Positions 9,649-20,370 are shown, counted from the stretch's first letter. The stretch is DNA of 64,000 bases from Candidatus Bathyarchaeota archaeon (GCA_963726255.1 CAVSBL010000002.1:1920001-1984000); one strand, 5' to 3'. Translations and numbers: made by a program. Notes: generated from the letters alone by a model not told the origin.

Positions 9649-10476
9649 TTGCAGTCTCCAGCACAAGCCAAGCTTTGCCCGCTCTGCGGCCAACCCTCAA
9701 TGTTTGATGATTTGACAGAATTCTACTACTGTAACCATTGCGACCAGTTCGTTCAATGGTTACCCGACAGCTATGCGCTAATGATGAGTGGCCCGCCTGG
9801 AGCCGGAAAGACCCCTAGTCTCCATTATTGGTGCGATTTCTATCTGCGGAACAATCGCCCTGTCGTCCTACTAGCGTTCGACGACTCCCCCTCAAATCTT
9901 CGGGGTCCCTTAGGAATGTATACCCACGAGAAACTGGCGGAGTACGAAAAGTCGGGCCTAGCAGCTCTCGTGGATTGCTATGGGTCGATAGCCGGAGTGA
10001 CCAGCCAGGAGAAGTATGCGCTGAAGAACCGGGCTGACCTAAACGAGTTAAGCCTTCTAATTACCGACCTGCTGAATGAGAAAGCGAAGCTTGGCAGCCC
10101 TAAGGTCTTTATGGATTCTGCTACGCCTCTCTTTACCTACAAAGACCCCCAACTTGTCCTGCAATTTCTCACGACTATGGCAGTTAAAATCAAAGCGAAG
10201 GGCGGCGCCTTCATAATCGCTGTCACGTCGGGGACAATTAACGAGGAAGTCTCTAAGCGTTTGGAGACGCTTCTGGATCTATCAGTGGAGCTTCGAATAT
10301 TGGAAGTCGACGGGCGCAAGAAACGCCAGATGAGAATTGCTAAGGCACGGGGGCAGCGGGTCTACGAAGATTGGATTCCCATATACATTGGGAATAAAGC
10401 GATTTCAATAGATGTAGGAGAGGACCCCGCCAAGTACGACCGGTTGAAAAAGGCCCTCCGCGGTACGACAGCCTAA
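9649..10476 (+). CDS. RAD55/KaiC-family ATPase with N-terminal zinc ribbon
   Basis: CPLCG..CNHC; Walker A GPPGAGKT; FMDS Walker B; IAKARG. Confidence 0.85.
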   Translation: MQSPAQAKLCPLCGQPSMFDDLTEFYYCNHCDQFVQWLPDSYALMMSGPPGAGKTPSLHYWCDFYLRNNRPVVLLAFDDSPSNLRGPLGMYTHEKLAEYEKSGLAALVDCYGSIAGVTSQEKYALKNRADLNELSLLITDLLNEKAKLGSPKVFMDSATPLFTYKDPQLVLQFLTTMAVKIKAKGGAFIIAVTSGTINEEVSKRLETLLDLSVELRILEVDGRKKRQMRIAKARGQRVYEDWIPIYIGNKAISIDVGEDPAKYDRLKKALRGTTA

Positions 10477-10732
10477 CTCATCATTTTCATTTGTGCCCCA
10501 CAACACATACCAGGCGTGCTCGATTCTTTGCCGCAGGATTCACATTTGTACATAGCCATTCTGAAACTCACCTCCAGAAAGGAACGAGAACTATTCGGTA
10601 TGACAATGAATATGCATTAAACAGTATATTTTGTTTGTGCAAAGTGTTTGCATGCGTGTTCGAGAGGATGGAATCAACGAACCTAATTAGGGGCCGTTAT
10701 TGTTGCGTGCTCGCGAAAAATACTGATGCGCC

Positions 10733-11722
10733 ATGAACCCTGTAGAAGTTAATGCACTGTCGAAGACCTTCGAAACGAAAGAAGGGCCACTGTTTCGTAA
10801 GGTTCCTAGGACGGTAGTTGCCGTGGACGGCATTAGCTTCAACGTGCCCGAAGGCGAAATCTTCGGGCTACTCGGGCCAAACGGGGCGGGGAAGACGACG
10901 ACTATCAAAATGCTCTGCACTCTGATAACGCCCACATCCGGAGACGCTCACGTCGCAGGGTTCAGCGTAGCGAAAGAACAACAGAAGGTTCGTGCGAACT
11001 TGGGCGTAATGTTGACGGGGGAACGAACGCTCTACTGGAAGCTCACAGGGCGAGAGAACCTCGAGTACTTTGCTGCTCTCTACCACATGGACCCGAGCTA
11101 CGCGAAGAATCGCATCGAAGACTTGCTCACGTTGGTTGGTTTGAAGGAACGTGAGGACATGTTGGTTGAGAATTATTCAACCGGCATGCGAATTCGGCTC
11201 TCGTTCGCCAAGGCACTTCTCAACGAAGCCCCAGTCCTGCTTTTCGACGAACCAACAGCAAGCCTTGACCCTCAATCTTCACGGTTAATCCGGGACATCA
11301 TTCGGGATTTGAAGAAGGGCGGCCACGCTATTATCCTCACGACCCACAACATGGAGGAAGCCGACATGTTGAGTGACAGGGTAGCAATAATCGACCACGG
11401 CAAGATCGTAAGCCTCGGACCCCCATCAGAATTGAAGCAGAAAGTGAAGAGTAGCGACGTAATAGAGATAGAAGGTCGCAACCTTACCGACGAAACCGCG
11501 AATTCTCTTCAATCCTTCAGCGAGGTTTCAAAAGCCGCATACTCAACGGAGGCCGGCGAGAAAGGATTGCTGCGCATCCACGTGGAGAAGGGAAAGGAAA
11601 TACTGCCGAAAATTCTTGAATTTCTGGTTCGCAAACAAGCCACCATCACCAAAGTCAATTTCATAGAACCCACTCTAGAGGACGTCTTCATCGCTCAAAC
11701 AGGCAGAAGCCTGAGGGATTAG
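10733..11722 (+). CDS. ABC exporter ATP-binding subunit (DrrA-like)
   Basis: GPNGAGKTT, YSTGM, LLFDEPT, TTHNMEEA, EPTLEDVF. Confidence 0.95.
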   Translation: MNPVEVNALSKTFETKEGPLFRKVPRTVVAVDGISFNVPEGEIFGLLGPNGAGKTTTIKMLCTLITPTSGDAHVAGFSVAKEQQKVRANLGVMLTGERTLYWKLTGRENLEYFAALYHMDPSYAKNRIEDLLTLVGLKEREDMLVENYSTGMRIRLSFAKALLNEAPVLLFDEPTASLDPQSSRLIRDIIRDLKKGGHAIILTTHNMEEADMLSDRVAIIDHGKIVSLGPPSELKQKVKSSDVIEIEGRNLTDETANSLQSFSEVSKAAYSTEAGEKGLLRIHVEKGKEILPKILEFLVRKQATITKVNFIEPTLEDVFIAQTGRSLRD

Positions 11723-11723
11723 A

Positions 11724-12563
11724 ATGCGAACTAGGTCAGGCCTTAAGGCCACGTTTGGGGCGTTGGCCGCAATTTTCTGGAAGGCAATAAAGCACTACAC
11801 ACGTTACCCTGGGGGATTTGTGATATACCTAATCATGCCTTTCCTGTTTTCGATCCTGATCTTCGGGATGGGTCAATTTGTCGGTGGCGGGAATGCCGCG
11901 TCGAATTTCGCAGTTCGAACTGGAACAACCAATTTCATCGTCTACGAAATTCTTGGCAGTGCTGTTTGGATGACAAGTTGGGTGGTAGTAGAGGATGTCG
12001 GGGTAGCTTTGCGAGATGAGCAGATGAAAGGAACTCTGGAGCAGAACTTCTTGGCACCAATTAGTCGGTTCACTCTCTTAGTCGGCATGAGCCTCGCTGA
12101 CGTTGTTATCACATCAGTCATCTTCCTTGTAGTTGTTGGCGTGACGATGGCGGTCGTTCTACCTTCCGGTTTTCTGAACATTTTTCAGGCCTTCCTGACT
12201 TTGCTTATTGGTCTGGTTCCGATGTTTGGCATCGGTTTTCTGTTCGCTGGGTTCGTGGTCAAGTTCAAGGAACCCTATGTGTTCACTCAGTTGATCAATC
12301 TCATCTTCGCCACGCTGACCGGGACATATTATCCCGTGACGTTCCTGCCATACTGGGTTCAATTCATGTCCGGAGTGCTTCCCCAAACCTACGTGATCGA
12401 AGATATGCGCCGTATTGTTCTGGCTGACCAGACACTTGTGAGCCTTTACGGGAGCGTCTTCATACTGCTAACGCTGGCTCTCGCTTACCCAGTTATTGGG
12501 TACGCGATTTTCAGGCAACTTGAGAGGAGGGCAAGTGTGACCGGTGAATTCTCAAAATACTAG
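11724..12563 (+). CDS. ABC-2 type permease
   Basis: Six TM segments; EQMKGTLEQNFLAP; YYPVTFLP. Confidence 0.9.
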   Translation: MRTRSGLKATFGALAAIFWKAIKHYTRYPGGFVIYLIMPFLFSILIFGMGQFVGGGNAASNFAVRTGTTNFIVYEILGSAVWMTSWVVVEDVGVALRDEQMKGTLEQNFLAPISRFTLLVGMSLADVVITSVIFLVVVGVTMAVVLPSGFLNIFQAFLTLLIGLVPMFGIGFLFAGFVVKFKEPYVFTQLINLIFATLTGTYYPVTFLPYWVQFMSGVLPQTYVIEDMRRIVLADQTLVSLYGSVFILLTLALAYPVIGYAIFRQLERRASVTGEFSKY

Positions 12564-13374
12564 CTTCACCAGACAGTTGTTTGTGGAATTCAAAGCTTCA
12601 TTCGTAAAGGACCTTCGCTCTTACGTGCGGTACCCAGCTTGGGTCTTGGGCGAGTTCATTAGCACGCCGCTTTGGTTCTTCTTCTTCGCCCTAGGCGTAA
12701 CGCTGTTCGCGCCAGCTACAGCTTCTTCCTCACGTGGCGGGGGCTTAGCTTTCTTCTTTTTCGGGTTTGTCTTCATAATTCTCTTCAGCACGTCAGTCTG
12801 GGGCGTGGGTCAAAGCATTCGCAATGAGCAGACTGCTGGGACGCTTGAACAATTTTTCCTCGCACCCGTCAACCGAGCCACACTTATCGTAGGTAGGTGG
12901 GCACGTGTTTTTCTCACGGACGCTCTCATCATCAGCTACACGACGTTTCTACTCTACCTGCTCGGCGGCGGGCTCGTAACTCTCCTCAATCCTGTGTCCT
13001 TCCTCTTCTCGTTGGGGTTGTATGAAGTAGCCCTCGTAGGCTTCGGGCTGTTCATAGCGGGGTTGACAATGCGTATCAAATCGTACAATACTCTATCCAA
13101 CTTAGTTTTCTTTGGTTACATGATCCTCACAGGCGCGCTATTCCCGGTCACAGTCATTCCCATGCCGTTCCGCTATCTTTCATTAGCGATTCCTTTCACA
13201 TACTTCAACGACCTTATGCGGCACGCAGCGTTGGGCAGTCCAACACTTTTTCCACAAGTCCTAGAATACGTCGCTGCAGTTCTCTTATCGATCTCTATGC
13301 TATTAGTGGGCTTTGTTACATTCAATAAAATTGAGGAAGAAGCACGAATTCAAGGCAGCATCGGAACAAGTTAA
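12544..13374 (+). CDS. ABC-2 type permease
   Basis: EQTAGTLEQFFLAP; GALFPVTVIP; paralogous to the upstream permease. Confidence 0.9.
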   Translation: MNSQNTSFTRQLFVEFKASFVKDLRSYVRYPAWVLGEFISTPLWFFFFALGVTLFAPATASSSRGGGLAFFFFGFVFIILFSTSVWGVGQSIRNEQTAGTLEQFFLAPVNRATLIVGRWARVFLTDALIISYTTFLLYLLGGGLVTLLNPVSFLFSLGLYEVALVGFGLFIAGLTMRIKSYNTLSNLVFFGYMILTGALFPVTVIPMPFRYLSLAIPFTYFNDLMRHAALGSPTLFPQVLEYVAAVLLSISMLLVGFVTFNKIEEEARIQGSIGTS

Positions 13375-13500
13375 TTTGCACTGCGTCCAAGAAGGCGATA
13401 GCATGTTTACGATAAACACGTGCGTGGACGAAGCAAGACGGCCTGGAAGCTTTAATGAATAGGATGCCATACTGAAGGACTGCTTCAAAGGCGCGTCTAA

Positions 13501-14541
13501 TTGATGGCCACGCTTCGGCTCGGGTATTGGGCTGCGCAAGAACAATACGACCCGGAACGCCTGTTGCAGAACGCGGTCCATGCTGAAGTCGTTGGCTTCG
13601 ACATGATAGTTACGAGCGACCATTTTCATCCGTGGGGCGACACGGGCGGCCAGGCAGGGTTCCCATGGGTGTGGCTGGCAGCAGCTGCGGAGAAAACTAG
13701 GAAGGTTGAGGTGGGGACCGCTGTTACGACTCCCCTCTTTCGGTACCACCCCGCAATCGTCGCGCAGGCTTTCGCAACGCTCGACAACCTCTACCCTGGA
13801 AGAATTTTCATAACCCTTGGCACCGGCCACTCCATGAACGAGACACCGCTGGGTTTCAAGTGGCCTGGCTTTGAGGAAAAAGTTGCGAGGCTGCAGGAGT
13901 CGCTTGAGATAATACAGAAACTTTGGACGGGCGACTTTGTCACATACGAAGGAAAATATTACCAACTTAACAAGGCCAAACTCTACACGAAACCGAAGAC
14001 CAAGATCCCAGTTTACTTAGCTACTTCAAACGAGCGGGTCGCAAGACTCGCCGGCCAATTCAGCGACGGAATCCTCACCAACCCCAGGGGGCTGGACCGC
14101 TTCAGGAAGATTGTGAGGGCCATGGAGAAATCCGCCGCAAAAGTAGGCCGCAATCCGAGCAAGCTCAGCAAGAGCATGGAGTTCAAGGTCGCCTACGACA
14201 TCGACTACAATCGAGCCCTCAAATCAGCCATGTTCTGGGCGACCACTGCCATACCCCGCGAGAAACGAGAGCACATTTGGGACCCAAGGGAATTGCAGGC
14301 GCTCGTTGGCCCCGAAGAGGAAAGAAAAATCAAAGAATCCTGGCTCATAACAACTGATTCCGACGACATCATAAAGCGCCTGGGTGATTTTCTCAAGATG
14401 GGTTTCGATCGAGTTTACATCCACAGCGCCAGCCCCATCGAAGGACGATTCTTGAACTTGCTGGGACGCGAAATACTGCCATGGATGAGAGAGTATTATG
14501 AAAGCCTATTCCGCCCCGTCCGCACAGTAGCCGTAGAATAA
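13501..14541 (+). CDS. F420-dependent LLM-class oxidoreductase (G6PDH/TIGR03557-like)
   Basis: SDHFHPW, YHPAIVAQAFATL, LGTGHSMNE. Confidence 0.9.
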   Translation: MMATLRLGYWAAQEQYDPERLLQNAVHAEVVGFDMIVTSDHFHPWGDTGGQAGFPWVWLAAAAEKTRKVEVGTAVTTPLFRYHPAIVAQAFATLDNLYPGRIFITLGTGHSMNETPLGFKWPGFEEKVARLQESLEIIQKLWTGDFVTYEGKYYQLNKAKLYTKPKTKIPVYLATSNERVARLAGQFSDGILTNPRGLDRFRKIVRAMEKSAAKVGRNPSKLSKSMEFKVAYDIDYNRALKSAMFWATTAIPREKREHIWDPRELQALVGPEEERKIKESWLITTDSDDIIKRLGDFLKMGFDRVYIHSASPIEGRFLNLLGREILPWMREYYESLFRPVRTVAVE

Positions 14542-14959
14542 CGATGCTTCAGCGACCCTCCAACATTACAGTATGTCGCTGCTGACTAACTGCATAGTTG
14601 CTAGGCAACCCGCTTCAACCTAGTAACCAGGAAAGTGGTTAATGGGATCACGGCCAGCGTTGCGGTGCTGTTGGATATTCAGGGATTGGGGTCATCGTGA
14701 ACGTGAAGGAAAGGCATTCGACCCCACGCCACACCTAGACGCTTGCGGTATGCACCGTCCTTACAGCGCAGATGGTAAGTGGATTGGTCCAAATCCACAT
14801 GCACTTTGTCAAGCGGTTCAGTTACGGCCTTCTCCACCTTCGGCGCCTACGCAACAGGAACACGTTTCCAGAGGTTCTCTCAAAGGATTCGAGTGACTAA
14901 GGATCAATCAGGTGGTTCCGAGTTCCTTAGCTCTCTCTCTCGCGAATGGAGATATTTTT

Positions 14960-16129
14960 TCAAGAGGTTACGGAATGGTGCCATCTGAGTATGTATTCAG
15001 GTAACCTTAGGCCGCGTTCTGCAACCTTCTCTACTAGGTATATCGGAAGTGGGCTGAGTGCGAAGGCGGCCTTCACGTAGAAACTGTTAGGCCTCCCCTC
15101 AAGCCCGTTCCCCTTTATTGTGAAGGACAGGTCGGAGGTTGCGGCTATGGTGCTGTCTGGGTTTCCAACCACTGATGCGACGAGTGCTCCCATGCGTTTG
15201 AAGTTTTTGCACCAGCCAGCCACAATCTCCGTCTCTCCACTATTAGAGATGACAATTAGAACGTCGCCCGCGCGTGGTGCCGGTGTATTAGATTCCCCTG
15301 CCACGTAAATCTGGTCGCCCATCGCACGCTTCACATGCCCAACCCGCACGGCCGTCATGCGCGCAACCTCCCTACCGCTACCCAGCCCAACGAAGAAGCA
15401 TGAGTGCCTCTGTTCGAGGGCGTCTACTAATGATTTGAAGAAACCTGAGGCGACGAACTCATCCACAAGCGAGCCGATTTCTGAGAAGAGCTGTTTAGAT
15501 CGTGATACAACGCGATCCGCCGGCGCGTTCTCGTATAATGCTTCGGCAATTGATTGAAAGAGCACACCCGTGCCTAGGATAAACAGGTCTTCAAGGATTC
15601 CAGTCGTCCGAAACTCTTTGGATTCGGTCGGTGCCTCATCAGGCTCCCGCCCCTTGAGCAGGAGCACATTCCCATACTTAGTGCCGAGTTTACCGATAGG
15701 TGAGTCTCGGTCGGAGGTCACCGCGTCTATGCGGAAGTCTCGTGAGTTTCCATGCTCCGCAATATACATGGCCAAATGTTGTGCGTCAAGGAGAGGCATC
15801 AGTGACTTGCCGCTGCCCGAGTTGATCAGTAAACATACCTGCCCAAAACGCTGCCTCAGCATTGGTGCAGCTTCCATGAGGTTTCGACCCGGGAACCCGA
15901 TGTCTCCACGGTCTAGAACGAGCTTACCGCCGCGCATCTTGGCCATTTCACTGCAAGCTATGCTGAGCGCGCCTTTCGAACGCCCTTCACCTGAGGGGAG
16001 AATCACTGCAGCACCCATAATATCGTGGTATAATGCTTCGATTTCCGCCCGGTTGGCTTCCTCTAGGTTTTGGTATATCCGATTTACGAAGGTAACCGAG
16101 CTGATTTCGCTTGGCATTTCACTCTTCAC
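14960..16129 (-). CDS. Tandem-SIS-domain sugar-phosphate isomerase (6-phospho-3-hexuloisomerase-like)
   Basis: Two SIS halves: GEGRS...NSGSGKS...SPIG and GLGSG...VISNSGET...NPDSTIA. Confidence 0.75.
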   Translation of the reverse strand: MKSEMPSEISSVTFVNRIYQNLEEANRAEIEALYHDIMGAAVILPSGEGRSKGALSIACSEMAKMRGGKLVLDRGDIGFPGRNLMEAAPMLRQRFGQVCLLINSGSGKSLMPLLDAQHLAMYIAEHGNSRDFRIDAVTSDRDSPIGKLGTKYGNVLLLKGREPDEAPTESKEFRTTGILEDLFILGTGVLFQSIAEALYENAPADRVVSRSKQLFSEIGSLVDEFVASGFFKSLVDALEQRHSCFFVGLGSGREVARMTAVRVGHVKRAMGDQIYVAGESNTPAPRAGDVLIVISNSGETEIVAGWCKNFKRMGALVASVVGNPDSTIAATSDLSFTIKGNGLEGRPNSFYVKAAFALSPLPIYLVEKVAERGLRLPEYILRWHHSVTS

Positions 16130-16267
16130 AGCGCACTCCGGGTGGTCGTTTCAACCTTGGTATGAATCTCAAATAAGTGGTTTCGCGTTGAGGACCAATG
16201 GCAAATGAGAGAACTGTAAGTATGATTCGAAGGCAACCTAGAAAAGGAATATAGTCTCACTACTTTT

Positions 16268-16292
16268 TGCGTGAAAAGCTTCTTTTCAGGCA
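16268..16292. promoter_or_regulatory. Inverted repeat upstream of the hydrogenase operon (candidate operator)
   Basis: TGCGTGAAAAG-CTT-CTTTTCAGGCA, 10 of 11 positions paired, in the divergent intergenic region. Confidence 0.4.
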
Positions 16293-16330
16293 CGAGAACT
16301 ATAGTGACCGCTTAAGTAGCTTCTGGCGCA

Positions 16331-16915
16331 GTGGCCCGCATTGAGGTTCGTCTGATCTTGGCTAAGCTAGAACGGCCACGAGAACAGACGACCTCGGCTG
16401 AAATTTGGCAAGACCTACTAAAGAAAATCGTGAAGGCTTGTTCTTCAAAAGAAAAGCTTGGTATCGTCGGCGTTGGCCACCCTATGCGCGGCGACGATTA
16501 TGTTGGAAGCTATGCCGTGAAGGCCGTAATGGAAGCAACGGATGGAACGTTGCCGCAGGGCGCCTACCTATTTGACGCTGAAGATAACGTGGAAGCGCTT
16601 ATTTCGGGGATTGCCAGGCTCGGACTCAAACGTGTAGTATTCATCGATGCCTGCGAGATGGCGCGGCGGCCTGGGGAAGCAGCCCTGTTGCCTCTTGGGA
16701 AGACAAGCTATCCGTTCTTTACAACTCACGGCATCCCGCTGAAGGTTCTAGCAGAACGATTGTTCCCCGAGAGCGAGGTCTGGATTCTGGCAATCCAGCC
16801 GAGGCAGACGGAGTTCAATGATGCTCTTTCTCCAGAAATTCGGGAAACCGCGATGAACGTTTCAAAGTTCATCGCAACTAATTTGATAGAAGGAGGCTGC
16901 TCGATTGCTGGTTAG
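16331..16915 (+). CDS. hycI: Hydrogenase maturation endopeptidase (HycI-like)
   Basis: IVGVGHPMRGDDYVG, FIDAC, TTHGIPL. Confidence 0.88.
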   Translation: MARIEVRLILAKLERPREQTTSAEIWQDLLKKIVKACSSKEKLGIVGVGHPMRGDDYVGSYAVKAVMEATDGTLPQGAYLFDAEDNVEALISGIARLGLKRVVFIDACEMARRPGEAALLPLGKTSYPFFTTHGIPLKVLAERLFPESEVWILAIQPRQTEFNDALSPEIRETAMNVSKFIATNLIEGGCSIAG

Positions 16916-17252
16916 CTTTGACCTTGCCACTGTGATCTCGTCGGTCGTAATCTTCGTGCTGGTCTTCTACTTTGTGGCGGGAAGGCTTGGCAAGGTTAGT
17001 ATGGGCAGCGGTCCGAAGTATGACGCGTTTGCGGGGGGAGAAGAACTTCCACCCGAGCGTGGGAAATACAGCTCCGAGCTATTCGTCTACGCAGCGCTCT
17101 TTGTAGCATTCGAAGTAATCGGGTTACTTCTCGCTAGTTCGATTGCAGCTAGGGGATTTCTCTGGCCGCTTCTATTCACTTTGGCGGGGGATTTCTCCCT
17201 GTTCGTTATGATGCTTTGGTTCGTGGGAACTGGAGGCGCGGAGCTTGCTTGA
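16905..17252 (+). CDS. Membrane hydrogenase subunit, NuoA-like
   Basis: Three TMs; KYDAFAGGE loop; YAALFVAFE. Confidence 0.75.
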   Translation: MLVSFDLATVISSVVIFVLVFYFVAGRLGKVSMGSGPKYDAFAGGEELPPERGKYSSELFVYAALFVAFEVIGLLLASSIAARGFLWPLLFTLAGDFSLFVMMLWFVGTGGAELA

Positions 17253-17667
17253 ACAAGTAGCAAAATGGGCGAGAAAGCGGTCCCCTTGGGTCTACCACAT
17301 AAACGCCTCCTCATGCAACGGCTGCGATATCGAGCTTGTCGCTAGCCTGACGCCACGCTACGACATTGAGAGGTTCGGAGCCGTCCTTGTACCGAGCCCT
17401 AGGCATGCCGACGTTCTCATGGTTACTGGAACAGTGAACGCTCAGACCAAGGACAGGTTGAAACGGGTCTACGAACAGATACCAGAACCGAAACATGTGA
17501 TTGCCATAGGAGCCTGCGCGGCTGCTGGCGGTGTATTCAAGGGCTGCTACAATGTTGGCCAGGGAGTTCAAGACGTCATACCTGTCGACATGTTCATCCC
17601 AGGTTGCCCACCGCGCCCTGAGGCAATTATGTACGGAGTGCTGAAGCTTTTGGGGGAAGTGAAATGA
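17245..17667 (+). CDS. Group 4 [NiFe]-hydrogenase small subunit (NuoB/MbhJ/EchC-like)
   Basis: SCNGCDIE, SPRHAD, GACA, PGCPPRPE. Confidence 0.93.
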   Translation: MLEQVAKWARKRSPWVYHINASSCNGCDIELVASLTPRYDIERFGAVLVPSPRHADVLMVTGTVNAQTKDRLKRVYEQIPEPKHVIAIGACAAAGGVFKGCYNVGQGVQDVIPVDMFIPGCPPRPEAIMYGVLKLLGEVK

Positions 17668-18146
17668 GCGAAGTTTTGCTTCGGCAACTCAAGAATTACG
17701 CGGCGGACGCTAATGGCAAGTTCACCGTGCTGAGGGAGGGCGAGGTCACCGTCGAAATCGACCAGAAAAACGTCAAGGGTTTCATCTCCCGCCTTGTCAA
17801 CGACCTCCGCGTCCGCCACTTATCCACAATGACAGGCCTCGACCTAGGCCAGAATATTGGAATCATCTATCACTTCTCGAGGGACAAGGACATGATCGAC
17901 GTGAAAACATTCGTCCCGAATACGCAGCCAACTGCTGTCTCAATAGTGGACATTGTTCCAGGCGCAATACTCTACGAGATGGAAATTCATGACATGTTCG
18001 GCGCCAACTTCGAAGGCAACCCATGGATGGATAGAAAGCTGCTGCTCCCGGACACTTGGCCCGCGGACCTGCCACCGCCACTTCTGAAAAGCTCGAAACC
18101 TGATGAAATTCGAAAAAGGCTGCACCTGGAGGTTGAAAGAAAATGA
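17664..18146 (+). CDS. NuoC/MbhK/EchD-like subunit
   Basis: LSTMTGLD, YEMEIHDMFG, LLPDTWP. Confidence 0.88.
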   Translation: MSEVLLRQLKNYAADANGKFTVLREGEVTVEIDQKNVKGFISRLVNDLRVRHLSTMTGLDLGQNIGIIYHFSRDKDMIDVKTFVPNTQPTAVSIVDIVPGAILYEMEIHDMFGANFEGNPWMDRKLLLPDTWPADLPPPLLKSSKPDEIRKRLHLEVERK

Positions 18147-19393
18147 GCGCTGAGGATCAATCGAAGCGAAGGGAAGAATCAGCGGGCCTGATGAAGTACT
18201 CCGCGGAGAACCTTGTTCCCTTCGGACCAATCCATCCCGCCCTAAAGGAGCCTGAATACTTCAAACTGATTCTCGAGGGGGAAAGAATCGTACAGGTCAT
18301 TCCGAGAATCGGATATGTTCACCGGGGCCTTGAGAAGGCAGCTGAAACTCGGCCTTGGGTACAGAACATGTACATGTTCGAGAGGACCTGTGGCATCTGT
18401 AGCTTCGTCCACAGCCTAGCCTACGGGCAAGCGGTAGAGGGCCTAACAATCTATGAGGTGCCGAGACGGGCCAAATACATCCGGCTAATCATCGCAGAGA
18501 TGGAAAGGATCCACAGCCACCTACTCTGGGTCGGGCTAATGGGGCACTGGGCTGGCTTCGAAACATTATTCATGTGGGTCTGGCGCGACCGCGAAGTTGT
18601 GCTCGACCTAGTGGAAGCGATTTCTGGCAACCGAGTTCACAAATCAATGAACGCCTTCGTAGGCGTTAGGCGCGACATGCCTGAAGGCATGGAAGATAGA
18701 ATTGTAGAGCGAATGAAATTCCTCGTGGACCGGGCGCGGTATTACAAGGAAATCATTGACACTGAGGAAACAATGCTTGAGCGGACAGAGAAGATCGGAA
18801 AGCTAAGCTCGGAGACTGCGGAGAAGCTTTGTGCTGTTGGGCCGATGGCCCGTTATGTGGGGCTGCAGAAGGACGTTCGGTTGAACGACCCCTACGCGGC
18901 CTACGATGAAGTACCCTTCGACATAATTATCAGAAACGAAGCCGATGTCCACGCACTCCTCCAACTCCGCTTGGATGAAATCGTAGCCTCAGCCAACATG
19001 ATCAGTTATGCCGTTCAGCATCTACCCGACGGCCCAATCAGGGTTAAGATTCCGCCGATAATTCCAGCGGGCGAGTATTCCACGCATTGCGAAGCCCCAA
19101 GGGGCGAGATTTTCTATTACGTCAAGTCTGGCGGCGGAAGAACCCCAGAACGCGTTAAGGTCAGGACTCCAACCTTAGCTAACCTGCCCACCGCCTTAGA
19201 GATTTTGAAGGGGCAGACCATCGCCGACGTACCAATAGTTCTCACGGCAATTGACCCTTGCTTCGGCTGCATGGACAGGATGTCTTTCTTGGACACTGAG
19301 ACGAACCGCCAGTGGACATGGTCTGGAGAGCAGCTGAGGCAGTACGGTATCAATTACTACTTCCCAGAGAGGGCGAAAAAGTGTCGGCCATAA
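18143..19393 (+). CDS. Group 4 [NiFe]-hydrogenase large subunit
   Basis: L1 motif ERTCGICSFVH and L2 motif DPCFGCMDR (all four Ni-binding Cys), followed by a cleavable C-terminal extension. Confidence 0.95.
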   Translation: MSAEDQSKRREESAGLMKYSAENLVPFGPIHPALKEPEYFKLILEGERIVQVIPRIGYVHRGLEKAAETRPWVQNMYMFERTCGICSFVHSLAYGQAVEGLTIYEVPRRAKYIRLIIAEMERIHSHLLWVGLMGHWAGFETLFMWVWRDREVVLDLVEAISGNRVHKSMNAFVGVRRDMPEGMEDRIVERMKFLVDRARYYKEIIDTEETMLERTEKIGKLSSETAEKLCAVGPMARYVGLQKDVRLNDPYAAYDEVPFDIIIRNEADVHALLQLRLDEIVASANMISYAVQHLPDGPIRVKIPPIIPAGEYSTHCEAPRGEIFYYVKSGGGRTPERVKVRTPTLANLPTALEILKGQTIADVPIVLTAIDPCFGCMDRMSFLDTETNRQWTWSGEQLRQYGINYYFPERAKKCRP

Positions 19394-20370
19394 CAATCTT
19401 GGAAGCCATAGTTTTCCCCGGCGTACTATTCACCATCATGATGGGATTTCTGTTTGACTGGCTTGATAGAAAAACTGCGGCCCGAATGCAAGGCCGAATA
19501 GGGCCGAAGATTACTGGCCCATCAGGAATACTTCAGCCGCTGGCCGATTTCCTGAAACTACTCTTCAAGGAGGAGATAATTCCTTCCCATGCAGACAAAG
19601 TGATCTTTCTATTCGCCCCAGCGCTCTACTTCCTTGCTCCTCTACTATCGATGCTTTTCATTCCGATAATCGGTTTGGTGCCTATTGCTGGTTTCGATTT
19701 CGATTTATTGGCCATACTCTTCCTCCTAGCCTTTGCAGCGTTCGTAGTTGCAGTTCTCAGCTACTCCTCCGCTAGCAGCTTCACGACCATAGCTACGGGG
19801 AGGCTGGTCTTGCAGTACGTTAGCTACGAAATCCCGTTAGTCCTCGCAATAATCACATCAGCAATCTACTCGCGAAGCCTCTCCGTGGAGGGAATCGTTG
19901 CATCCCAAACTAGGGTCTGGAACGTTTTCGTAATGCCGTTCGCCTTCGCAGTTTACATTATCGCCCTCATGGCAGAACTAGAGAAACCCCCCTTCGATAT
20001 CCCCAGCGCCAAAACAGAAATTGTGGCCGGCTGGCTCACAGAATTCTCCGGCCGCGCATTAGCCTTTCTTAAACTCACAAAAGAAGTGGGTTATGTCTTC
20101 GGTTCAGCGCTGGCAGTCTCACTCTTCCTCGGCGGACCCCTTGGCCCACAGCTTGGCGCAACTGTCCCGGGCTGGGCCCAGTACTTCATCTATTTCATAA
20201 TCAAAGTTCTAGCCGTTGGCTTCCTGATATTCGTGCTGAAAACTGCGCTCGCCCGCATAAAAATAGGGCAAGCAACCGAACTGTTCTGGAAGGTACTGAC
20301 ACCCGTCAGCTTGGGGCAGCTTGCACTAGTCCTAGTGATAATTCAGGGAGGAGTCTTTCTTGCCGCGTAG
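19381..20370 (+). CDS. NuoH/MbhM-like membrane subunit
   Basis: DRKTAARMQGRIGP, QPLADFLKLLFKE, PPFDIP, EIVAG; likely start is GTG at 19381. Confidence 0.92.
   Translation: MSAITILEAIVFPGVLFTIMMGFLFDWLDRKTAARMQGRIGPKITGPSGILQPLADFLKLLFKEEIIPSHADKVIFLFAPALYFLAPLLSMLFIPIIGLVPIAGFDFDLLAILFLLAFAAFVVAVLSYSSASSFTTIATGRLVLQYVSYEIPLVLAIITSAIYSRSLSVEGIVASQTRVWNVFVMPFAFAVYIIALMAELEKPPFDIPSAKTEIVAGWLTEFSGRALAFLKLTKEVGYVFGSALAVSLFLGGPLGPQLGATVPGWAQYFIYFIIKVLAVGFLIFVLKTALARIKIGQATELFWKVLTPVSLGQLALVLVIIQGGVFLAA

Noticed and set aside
13303-13965. 220-aa minus-strand ORF
   Set aside because: Antisense to the well-supported F420 oxidoreductase; no motifs
14545-14955. Short ORFs in a 400-bp gap
   Set aside because: No recognisable motifs in the frames inspected
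15570-16208. 212-aa plus-strand ORF
   Set aside because: Antisense shadow of the SIS-domain gene
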